Below, in pieces: positions 49,201-61,700 of a stretch of 64,000 bases of DNA. The translations under genes were made by a program, and so were the position numbers. The DNA comes from Paragordius varius (taxonomy: Eukaryota > Animalia > Nematomorpha): positions 7,006,001 through 7,070,000 of the forward strand of contig OZ176054.1 in assembly GCA_964247055.1 (NCBI GenBank), in the 5' to 3' direction. Every line of letters begins with the position of its first letter. The first letter of the stretch is position 1. The notes below the pieces were generated by a model, which saw only the letters and a list, made by a program, of their open reading frames with translations, was not told the DNA's origin and made no database searches.

Positions 49201-49710
49201 GGATATATTAAAAATAAATTGTCGTTAATATTTTATGATATTTTTAGAATTTTTTGGATAGAAGCATTAGCCATATTACCGGAAAAGTGCAACTTTTCAA
49301 TATTCGTAAGGCCCAAAAAAGCACTATGAACCTAATACATTTTCAATCAGAGATATATTTTATCAGGATATTTTTTTACCCGATCTTTTACTCAACGATA
49401 TCATGGATAAATTTCAAAATTTTTATGTAAAATCGCCCTCGGGTAGAAAACCAAATCAAGAGGATTTTAATGCTAACAAAACTGAGGAAAAAAAGAAAAC
49501 TTATAAAAAGATTTTTGTTAAAATTAATATTTAATAACTTGTAATCAAAAAATTACATTAATAGATAATTTATACAAAAATAAAACCATTTAATATAAAT
49601 AATTAATGAGCCAGGGTATAAACTACCCTATATCGCAAGTCCACAATAGGCTTATATCGATTTTTTATTATCCGAGAAAGTCAGCTGGAAGTTAAAAAAT
49701 TTAGTTATCC

Positions 49711-51806
49711 ATGGACGGAAAAGTTGATGACACAAATATTTTTGGGGTAATCCCTGGGACTGACGGAATTGATATAATATCGTCAGATAGCGATGAAAGT
49801 TTATATGACAAAGAATATTTGTTCCAAAAATTTTGGACCAATTTTCAATTAGCGGCCATCTCTGTATCCCGTTTATATAAACGTTTGTAAAAATATTTAA
49901 TATTTATATAGTTTCTGAAAATTTATCCAAAAATGCTAATGAAAGTAATAATCTTTATAATCAATTTCAAAATGCGTCGGAAGCTCTAACCAACCTATAT
50001 ACAGGTATAATGAATTTTTAATATTGTATTAGATGCAATGGACGGCCAAAATAAAAGATTTGAAGTCGGTTATATTTATGGTCAACGAAGGCGTAGTAAT
50101 GACATTAGGAAATGGGTAAATTCCCAAAAATCTATCATGAGGAGGTTTTATTTTAAACATAAATATGGATGATTTAGCATATATTTACGTAATAATTTAC
50201 ATATATATGACATAAATGTTTAAATGATAACAGACATAAGAGAGAAGAATTGTTGACATATCTGGACTATTTGGATGCTAAAGTTGGTTGTAGCAAACGA
50301 TTCAAAAAATATTTATTAAGCAATAATTCTCCAAACTCATACCGGTCTTCTCCCAGGTAAATATGCGTTTATTTTTAAAATCTATGTTTTTGACTTCCTC
50401 AGCAATATCTGATTTCACATAAATATTTCAGGGGCAGTGCATTTTCTTCATCACCGAGTCCATCTCCAAAGCACCATATGCGCTATACCGATAGGAATGA
50501 AGCAAATTTCATATATCCATCCGACAATAATAGTACCGCGATAACGTGTAACAAGAACAAAAAGCATGCAAAGCTCTTCACTACCTCATCAAAAAGTTTG
50601 TTGGATCGTAATTCTTCCTATTTACCATCGAAACATCAAAACAAAAATACTGTTTTTGCTCAACCCAATTCTTTGGTCAATGGTGTGGGCGATGATATGC
50701 ACAATAATTTTGCCAAATCGTTGAATATGGAAGGTAATACCTAATAGCATTATCACCATTATAAAATAACGCATCATCATTTCATAGTTTAAATAATAGT
50801 TTTTTTTTAAATTATGAAATTCCGTTATATACTCAGCTAAAACAAGAAAAATTATATGAAAGTGTTAATCGAAATATTATATTATATGTGAAACTTCTCC
50901 TGAATAGTTAACTTAGACTAGTTTTGTGCTTGTTATCATTCATAATACACATCTATTTTACTTGAGGTTTTTCTTTATCAATTTAGTATTGTACTTAATG
51001 GCCGCTTGGGTATTGTTCAAATTTTCAGTTTAACTTTTAAATTGATTAAATTTTTATTTAGTTTCTTATTACCGATTTCATTTATGACAACTCAAATCAA
51101 TTAGTTGTGCCGTACTAAGTGCTAACAAGCACCAGACTGCGTTTACTATTGATGAATGGTTTTACATACCCCTAATATTTTCATGAACAATCTTAGTTTT
51201 TAATCTGTTTATTTTTTATGACATTATGAAACATAATTTCATTCATAATAATTCTGATTTTGTCATAATTCAGTTAGTTAAAAAATGTTTCGATAATTCA
51301 AATTTCATTTTATTAATAAAGAACATATTATTTAAAACAAAAACTTGAATGTTAATAATGTTTACGTGATTTTTATTGCCTATGTGGCAGTTTCTTGATA
51401 AAAACAATAATAAGTTGTTACCTTAAAATTTTTCTTTTATAAGACATAAAAACAAAGTTGTAATAATCATGTGATATCAAGTAAAATACATAAAAAATAA
51501 AAATTTTGTTCTTTTTTGGATAATTAGGATTTTGTTATTCATACGGTACAATTTCTATTCCAAGGTCACTACTTTTTTTTCGGTTATAAAATAATTTTTT
51601 AGCATACTTTTATTTAAATATTACCATTATTTAATCTAGAACTAGGTGAAATGGTTGATGGAAAACGAAAAAATATGTCATCACAACAAGATTGTGTTTC
51701 AATCAATTCTAAAAATATTGAAAAAGAAGAAAATTTGGATGAAACTCTCCTTCATAATGGGAAGACTTTTGATGTGCCCCTTGTGAAAAGACACAAACCT
51801 TTTTAA
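49711..51806 (+). CDS. HAPSTR1: HAPSTR1/C16orf72 (UPF0472) homolog, 322 aa, 6 exons
   Basis: QKFWTNFQLAAISVSRLYK, FQNASEALTNLYTDAMD, RFEVGYIYGQRRRSNDIRKWV, REELLTYL and C-terminal KRK...PLVKRHKPF match the family as I recall it. Exons 49711-49882, 49912-50004, 50033-50144, 50234-50356, 50432-50733, 51640-51806 sum to 969 nt in frame. Mostly missed by the ORF track. Confidence 0.85.
51102..51170 (+). repeat. Degenerate copy of the hammerhead-like dispersed repeat (HAPSTR1 intron)
   Basis: TAGTTGTGCCGTACTAAGTGCTAACAAGCACCAGACTGCGTTTACTATTGATGAATGGTTT; stem II GTGCT-AACA-AGCAC intact, core deleted. Confidence 0.7.
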
Positions 51807-52761
51807 AAAACATTAAATTAATTCATGGCAACATAAATGTCAAATGAAGGATAACCGACCGTGTTAATTTCATAATAACTTTATTATAAATAAATAATAC
51901 TTAACTAATATTTAATGGGTTTTTTTGCCATCGCAATTTATTTTAGTTTAATAAATTATTAAAACATTTATTTATTTTATGAATGAATTATTTTAGAGAT
52001 TAGCTTAAAATTTGTGATAAATGATAGGTTGAGATTTAATTTATTCATATTTAAAATTTTTTGTAAAAAAATAACTTTAACTATAATATTGGATTGTACT
52101 CTTGTTATATATATTATATAAAAGATGTTTATTTAAAAAATTCTAATTTAGAATACGTTAACCCCTGTGATAATTTAAAATAAAATCGGATTAGTTTATA
52201 TTGATTAAATCTTTGTTGGTTTTCTGCTGACATAGATAGTTAATAATAAAATTTTTTTTCAAATATTAACACGTTATTAAATATAAAATATAAAAACGTA
52301 TTAACACTCTATTTTAGGGTAGTTTTATATCCCAGAGCTATTTAAATTTCTCATTGCCTAAAATTATTAAATTTTTTCCTTAAAAATAAACAATATATGT
52401 GAAATTTTGGATAATGGTGGATAGAGTATACCAAATAAATTCAGAAACCTAGGTATTTTAATTAAATTGTTATAACTTTAGAGCCTATTCATTTTAGTAA
52501 AACAAATAACGCAATTTATATTGGATATGAGTTATCTTTTTCTCGTCGTCCAACATATCAATTGAATATATATTGGGATATTAAATAAAATTTTCCAATA
52601 ATATTATAAATAATTTATTTATGAGTCTAATTTCATATTAATTAATATATCTATTTGTTAAAAATATATTAGCACTGCAACAATTTCTAAATTAAATTAT
52701 CGATTGCAAAATTTGGACTAAAAATCTTTACCATAAAAATATGAATTTCGAAAAAATTATA

Positions 52762-55700
52762 TTATTTTAATTGTTGGACATAATTGGTGTTTCTCAATAT
52801 TTGAGTACTGGTTTTTGCTGATATTCCTTCGGCTTTCAATCGATTCAGAATGGGTTTATAAAATTCACGTTGCATCGGTAGAACTAAGCCTTTCTCTTGA
52901 ATTTCACCTGTTATGATAAAATAAATCATAATGCAATGAACCTTTTAATGGTCGCTTATTTCACACTATAGTAGGGCAATTTGCAACACAGGAATGTATG
53001 GAAAAGTCAACAAAATGTTTTTCCATAAACTACTGTGTTAAATTGCCCCTGCTATAGTGTGAAATAAGCAACCATTAAATTGCATACTGTATCTAATACA
53101 AACATGAACGTTATATGGTCAATTTTTTTGTTAACTGTTTCTTCTAATCGTTCTAAATAGCCGGCCCAAACTCATATGGTCAAAATTATTTTAAACGTTA
53201 AGTGTTGCTTCTAATAGTTCATATAACTTTAGCCAAACACATTATTTAGTCATACCTTCTAAAATCATTTTTACAATGATAGCGCATGGGAAACCAACGC
53301 ATTTTGCCATTGCCGTATGTCCATTAGGATCCCCATATACAATCAATGTGACACTTTTTTCTTGCTATAAATGTTATGTAAAAAAATGATAATGTTGTTA
53401 ACATGGATGTTACGGGTTTCGATTTAAGTAAAATATGTACTAATGCATTTGTGGTATGCAGTTCTAATTATAGCAATTTACGCACGAGAACGAGAGATAT
53501 ATGATTTGCTATATGTTTTTAGGTTCTCATATATTATTATAAAATTACTAGCGCAAATCTCGTGCTGCTACGCAGCCCGAGGAAGTCATTCGGACTTCTG
53601 GGGGGGGGGGGGGGGCTATTTGAAATAAGGGACAATAAAATGATCCACATATGTGGATTATTTCGAAACATTATTTAATAGATATGATTTTATAGGAATT
53701 TTAAAACGGAGCATTCATACTAATATATTGTTTAATTGGGAGAAAAATAGATTAAAAAAATTATATTTGTGGACGTTGTTTTTTTTAAAAATGGCATTTT
53801 ACGGGGGAAGCGGGTGAAAAGAGGGACTAAAAAAAAGCGAGAAACTATGTTCGGCGCAATCGAAAATAAGTAATCAAAAATCATATTTGAAATTGAATGA
53901 TCCAACACGTTCCCCAGAAAATTGTCTCTAAAACACGATTTTTGTGGACTTCTATTTTCAAAAAAACCCGTTTTTCACACGGCCCGAACTGGGGGCCTAT
54001 TTCAAAAAAAGGGCGAAGCTATTGTCGGGGCATTAATGATTATATTTTTTTGATATTTGGATTTGATTGGGTTCACCGGTTTTCCGGAAACAGATCACAA
54101 AGTTACACGATGAATCAGTTTTTAGCGGGTAGCTCCTTACCCAGCAGCTATCATCAAAGAAAGGCGACTAAAATTTTTGACTTTTATCAGGGAATACGTG
54201 GAATCCATATTGAATTTTTACGGTCTTCATACCTAGGGCGAAAAATGGATTTTAAAAAATTATTTTTGTGGACTTTGTTTTTTGAAAAAAATGGCATTTT
54301 ACGGGGGGAGCGGGTAAAAGGAGGGCCTAAATTAAAAAAGCGAGACGACTATGTTCGAAATCGAAAATAAGTAAACAAAAATCATATTTGAAATTGAATG
54401 ATCCAACACGTTACCCAGAAAATTATCTCTAAAACACGATTTTTGTGGACCTCTGTTTTCAAAAAAAACCCGTTTTTCACACGGGGTGGGGCCAAACTGG
54501 GGCCTATTTTAAAAAAGGGCCAAGCTATTGTCGGGACATTTATTAATGATTATATTTTTTCGCTATTTGGATTCGTTTGGGTCTACCGGTTTTCCGGTAC
54601 CAGATCACAAAGCCAGCATTTTCCATTTTTATAAATATATAGATTACTTATATATTTTCCTAATTCAACAATATTTTTTTATCGATAGTTCTGAACTAAC
54701 AAATTATAAAATAGTTAATGTTAATATTATTACTATTTCTTGAGATCCGTTGTATGGGTCGATCGCATTAAAATTGTGGCGTAATATAATTAAATCCTTT
54801 TCTCCCTTTTCTAATTTTGAAAAAATATAGATTATATAAAAAATAACCTAAGCATTTAAATAAAATTTAGACCTTGTCATAATTTATGGGCAAAATAATG
54901 ATATAACTTACTGTAAGATAATGTTTGAGCCAGGTAATGAGATATACTATCAATAAGTGACCCCTTTTTCTCCACCTCAGTGGAATCGGATAACATTCCT
55001 AATCTATAAAATATGAAAAACAAATTATTTTACATGAAAACAAAAAATTATAATATAAATTAATTATAACTATAAAAGTTTGGGTATATTGGCAATCGAA
55101 TTTTGGCACAATTATTCATATTAGATTATAATAAATTTTTGCAAATTAAAAAATATGAGGTTCATTAAGATTATTAAAGTTTTTTAAGGTAACTTAATTT
55201 GTTACTTTGTTAATAAAATAAAAAAAACTGGCGTAAATTAATAAAAAAAACCAATTATCCAATTTTCCAGATTTTAAAAATAATTTTAACAAAGTTTTTT
55301 ATTAAAATAACAGACATAATAATTAATTAAAAAGTTAGATTTTTAGTAATAAAATATAACTTTTCAAATGCCAGAACACGATTCGAGTTTCTGCCAACTT
55401 TTTCATAAATCAAGTTTCTTAGCGTATCGTCCATAATATCACCCGGTTTATTGAGTAAATTGCACATTAGCATTTTCTGACACGTTATTTTAAAATAATT
55501 GAATAAATTTTACCCAAAAAAGAAAAAGATTAAATTATGAACCCAATTAAGTTATAATTTAAAATACAAATTGCATAATAGCTTTTTTATGGTATGTGGT
55601 CCTGGAATAAACTCTTTTTATATTAAAATAATCAAAAGTTATAGGTCTTTGTTCTTTGCTATTAGATAAATTGTATAAAGTAATTTTATGTATTAATTTA

Positions 55701-58700
55701 CAAAAATATCAATTAACGATTCCAAAACTTGCATAAATTTTTTTCAAGAAAAAACCATCAAACAAAAGTATGAAAGTAATTTTTGTATGCTTTATACTTA
55801 CCCAGCTTAGAGAAGGGGAAGATTCACCAAGATAAGGTAGCTGTTTGGAATCAAAAAGCCCCAAAAGATGAAATCCTTTAATAACATCGCAAAAGCCCTA
55901 AAAGATAAATGAAATATAGTTATAATCCCTACATTCCACTCTAAAAATGAATATATTTGTGATTGTGCCACGTAAATTATAAAAAAGTATGAACAAAATA
56001 AACATAAAATATGCATTTTCAATTAAAATATGAATTTTTAAGTTAATACAATTATTCCAAATAACTTATTACCTTGTACCGCAATGTTCCACGTATTAAA
56101 GTTTTGACTTCAGGGATCCCATATTCATTGATGTAAATGGTGGAGTCTCGATTTGGAAAACTTTCTAAATTGAAAGCTGGTAATTCTTCATAAGGCCATG
56201 GATTATCCATTATAGCACCACCGGCTGGGATCTCATATACCTAGATTTTATTTAAAAGGCTAAAAAATATAAATTAAATTATGAAATTTTAGGTTTTATT
56301 TATGTATGGAATAAAAATCTCAAACCTTTTCATCAAGCAAATATTTGGTTGCTGATAACGAATTTAGCAATACTCCTTTGGGATACCAACTAAATGTTTA
56401 ACAAAAATGTCTTTAATCAATATAATAGTTAGGACAACTATAATGTTGGAGCCATTATTATTCAAAGTAGTAGTGTTATTTTATAAAATAAAATTAAATA
56501 CCTAAATTTATAATGTAAAGGGTTGTCGGCATATTCAGGAGCGGGGAGACCACCGCAAAACGATTTGAAAGATATGATCTAAATTATTATTATTTGATTA
56601 AAAAATTGATAACAAAATAAAAGGAATGACAAAAAAATGGTATATAAAATGATATTCATAAATTTGATTTGGAAAAAAGAGTTATATTAAGTATTTCTGT
56701 CTGCTCAATATCAGAACATATTTCTATCTACTTGTTTTCGGTTTTCTCGTAATTCGTCAATCACTTCCATAGCCAGCATATGATCTATACCAGGATCCAA
56801 TCCACACTCATTAACAATGCAGATGTTAGACTCTTTAATTCTATTAAGTGCCAAGAAATATAAGACGACTTAGGAAGTTGTATAAAATTAGATAAATATA
56901 ATATATAACTTTGGTTCTAAGAGACGCATATCATTGCTCAAATAACTGGTGGTCACCATATTTTTTCCATGTTTTATACATAATTGAGCCACGTTAACAT
57001 GATAATTGTAGGGCAAAAGACTAAACATTCAAAAAAATATATTTTAAAATCCAAAGATATATATATATATATATAGGGCGCATTGGGTTGAATTGAAATA
57101 TTACGATAAATATAGATATTTTGATGGAAATATATATCAAAATTCTCGTGGTTTGGCTTTGAAGCTTACAAAATAAATTATTTACAAAATTATATTATTA
57201 TTAGTTGCATAAAAATAAAAAATCAAAATATTATTTCAATTTTTTTAGAGAAACTATATGCCAAGCAAAAGTACTATCTCATATAATAAATGTAAGCAAA
57301 TGAATTTTTCTATATAAAATTTTTATTCTTTATTTATGGTACATTCATATAACACATTTGAGAAATCTCCTCATAAAGGCAGTAAAAAAGTCAAGGGCGA
57401 TAAAATATGATAACAATGCATCTATGTATTCAGAAAAGAGTGTGACAACCATGCTTCTTACTGCAACTGTCCACCTGGACGCTCCTTATTCCTATGTTTC
57501 GGTAAAATCAAAAGCAAAAAAACTAAATAACACTTTTTTACACAAATTTGCTACCAAAAAATATTTAACATAATGTGCAATTAATTTGCAATTTTTTGAT
57601 CAAACCTAATTACAATCAAAGTTAGGTTGATTTTTGTATAAATGACATCAGGACCCCAAAACTAAAAAAATCCATGAGACCTGATCCAATTTATGATGTT
57701 TTATGTGGTGCATATAATATCAGCATTGGATACAAAATACAAAAATTATATAATTTATATTCTTTTACCTAACCACAATGCTAGCCTTGCTAATCAAATT
57801 TTCAACTTTGGCCGCATCTTTATCAATGTTAAGAACGTGAGGATTTATTAAAGCTTGTTTTTCCGGATCAGATCCCACAAGATGCACAAGCTTATCGAGT
57901 TCTCGCCTCCAAGGACTAACTGAAAAAATTTAATAATGGTTAAAATTTTTATAATTAATATAAGAGATTTGTCAAACATAATAGCGGGTTCAAATTTTTG
58001 CAATATTCAAAATACCTATATTTAATTCATATTCCTTGTCACGTGTGAGATATTCCACCACCGGAGCACTAACATAACCCGACCCCAAGATTACAACATT
58101 GGGACGTTTAGATGTTCCAGTACGCATAAAACTTTGTCTAAAAAGCGATTTTAAATATATTTTGTCGAATAAAAAAAAGGTGAATTACAAATATATTGTA
58201 TAAAAGCAGAAATAAATGAGTTGTAATGGTAATGGAAAAAATAACAGTTTATAATAATATGCCGTTAAAATAAAAAAACACGGCGGTATTGATGTAAATT
58301 TTAATTAAATAAAATAGAAATCAAAAGCTAAGCTATAAATCATGTATAAAGCTGAATTAAGGCTAATGGTCTAAAAATCACAAATTTACGTGGTATTATG
58401 GAATAAATTCCTTTTTACTAAATAAGCATTACGCATAAAGGAAATTTAAGGCAATGACACCTTAAAAGAGTTCCGTTTCTAAGAAATAAATTTTCTACAC
58501 AACGTAACCTAATAAACAAAAATGTATTAAAGAAAATAAAATTTCTTTTATATCCAACAGCAATTTGTTTATTTAAACCGTAAACACAATCTTTTAAGAA
58601 TTTACAACATATCATATGTACGGTAACAAGAGCTATTATAGGCCGGCCATTTGGCTATTTTAAATGGCTAAAAGGCGATTTAATTTGCATGTCTGTTGTC

Positions 58701-61700
58701 ATGTATGAAATGTTTTAATTAATTATTTACAACTTAAATTATATATTTATCAACAATACTAGCGTAAATTTCGTGCTGCTACGCAGCCCGAGGTTCGGAC
58801 TTCTGGGGGGGGGGGGGGCATTTAAAAAAAGAGACAATAAAATGATCCACATATGTGAATTATTTCGAAACATTATTTAATAGCTATGATCTTATAGGAA
58901 TTTTAAAACAGTGCATTCCTACTAATATATTGTTTACTTGGGGTAAAAATAGATTCAAAAAATTATTTGACTTTGTTTTTTGGAAAAAATGGCATATTAC
59001 GGGGAGCATGTAAAAAGAGGGCCTAAATTAAAAAAGCGAGCCGACTATGTTCGGCGCAATCGAAAATACGTAAACAAAAATCATATTTGAAATTGAATGG
59101 TCCAACACGTTCTCCGGAAAATTGTCTACACAATTCTTATGGACTTCTGTTTTCAAAAAAACCCCTTTTTTCAAGTGGGTCCTAACTGGGGGCCTATTTC
59201 AAAAAAAGGGCGAAGCTATTGTCGGGGCATTTATTAATGATTATATTTTTTTTGATATTTGGATTTGAATAGGTTTACCGGTGTTCCGTAAACAGATCAC
59301 AAAGCCAGCATTTTCCATTTTAACAGCAATGCTATAATTTAATAAACTGAAATTTTTAAATGTCTCCGAATTCGAATTCCCCTTTAAAGTGGACTTATTT
59401 GTTATAATTAGTGCAAAATTGTGAGATAACATTTTTAATGCTAAATATTGACAACAAAAATGTCAACAAAGTCCTATTGCCACCTCCCCGTAGTTGTGGA
59501 ATGAAAATGCGCTAACGGCAAAGGCCAGTTTTCTAATGATCTATAAAATCATTAGTTGTACACAAGGGCATGTGTAACATAAAAAACTCGCCTCAGATTA
59601 CCATGAAGCATAAATATTATGAATATGAATTACTTTGGGCTACGAACGAAACCGGAGTCTTATCCTTTATGCTGATGATGATTAACTAATAAAAACATAA
59701 AATTTCATACATGGCAATAGACTTCGAAATAAAATTCCCATTTATAGTCAATTTAATTACGAAAATGGCCAATAACAGCTCTCATCATTGCAATATATAA
59801 CAAAGTATTCATCAAGAATTATGAAAAGCGCCCAATATATTGTTATGATTTTATGTGATTCAACTATAAATGTGTATTATGAAATATAATAATTAAAAAA
59901 AAGAGCCATAATAATAACCAAAAGTTGCCAAGCTATATAACTAAAGTTAAACTAAATAGTTGTGTCGTACTGATGAGTGCTAACAAGCACCAAACTAGTC
60001 TGCGATTACTATTGACGAAGGGTTTCACATATCGTTTATAATTTCTATTTATACTTTCATTTAATTATATTTATTCTCCTTTATCGTTATCTTACGGATT
60101 TTAACAACTGTTATTATAAATTAAACTCTTTTTTTGGGGTTGAAGTCTAAATACGTATGGTTGGCGTAAATTCTAATCATATTAACAGATATTGGCAAAA
60201 AGCAAAAATATCTGCACAATTTACGTTTTTTATATCTACGAAGTCATAAAAAATACGTAAGAATATCCCATATATTATATTAAACCATATTTTTACACAA
60301 TTTTGTGGGAATCCAACATTTTTCCTTTTTTAATTAGGATGTAAGATGTATTTTGAAAAAAAATCCATCGTTGATAATGATATTGATAAAAACTGGTTTT
60401 TATCCACTAACACATTAAAAAGAATATTTTTGTTTTATATTTTGCGATTACTGCAGTTTATTTCTAATATATTTCAAATCCAATTTTTATCTAATTTGTA
60501 GATTATATAAATACCTTTTGGTCCTCCTTAAAGTATCTATGTAGGCGAAATTGGGAGTTAGGCTACCATTTGAAGCAATTATAGCCTGTTTGTTTTTGAT
60601 TGAAATAAACATAAAATTAAAAATTTCACATTTTCACCAATATACCATATTTCAGTCAAAGGCAACAATTTTTCAAGCAAACGCAACATTATTTCTTTCA
60701 CATGCAACATTTTTTCGACAAACAATTTTTTATGCAAATGCAAGATTTTTTTAAGCAAAGACAAAAAATGTTGCGCTTGCCAGAAAAATTGTTGGGTTTA
60801 GCTAAAAAAATGTTGCTTTTGACTGAAAAATGGTGTATTTGATTACATAATTTATAAAAGTATTCTAGAATCAAACAGGAAGAAAAATGGATAACGTCCT
60901 TAATATACCATTTGCACTTCAATTGAACACTTCAAGTTGGTCCTTTAACATTTTTGTTTTGCTTTTAACTTTTATCAATCAAATCGTGTATCATACATCT
61001 ATTTTATCATTTTTAACCTTTTTTATTTATTTTACATCTGCTTTTAGATCAATATCAAGCTTTAATCATTCAAAAACCGTATATTTTTATTATTATAAAA
61101 ATATTTTTATATTAATATGGTTTTGACATTAAACTAAAAATAAAGTTTCTGGGTTATTAATTACAATTTTTTGTTAAAAACATTTATAAGGTAATATAAA
61201 TGGAAAATATTTGGAAACAAAAAAGTGGTTTTTAAATAAAATCTTTTATTTTTAAATGAATAAAACCAAACTTGAAGTGTTCAAGACCATCTTAAAGACC
61301 AACTTGTCAAGGATCATCTTGAAGTGTTTAAGGACCATCTTGAAGTGTTCAAGGACACTCTTAAAGTGCAAATGATATATCTAATCTAACCCGTTAAAAA
61401 TTATTTTGAAATAACATTTATATATTAAATCCATTTTTGCGAACGCTTAATATTAATAAAAACACATAACTTACATTCACTATTATCGGGTTTGTTTTGG
61501 TGGATATCTCTTCGAAAGGAAGATTTGCATCTAGTTTCACCTAGAGGGTTTAGAAATTATTTGATTAAGCTATATTAATTATAGAAAAAAATACAGACTA
61601 TTTCTTCATAATATCGTATACTAAAAAATATGTCCATATTATATAAAATGTACAATCTGCAATTAGATTGCATAAAAGATCTAACAAGCGTTTCAATGGA

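Noticed and set aside
57358-57573. Plus-strand ORF nested in an AASS intron
   Set aside because: TTG start, no motif or splice support; could be a repeat remnant.
59645-59680. GAAAC-CGGA-GTC ... CTGATGA as a second, permuted hammerhead
   Set aside because: Core words are present but stems I and II do not pair convincingly; at most a decayed relic.
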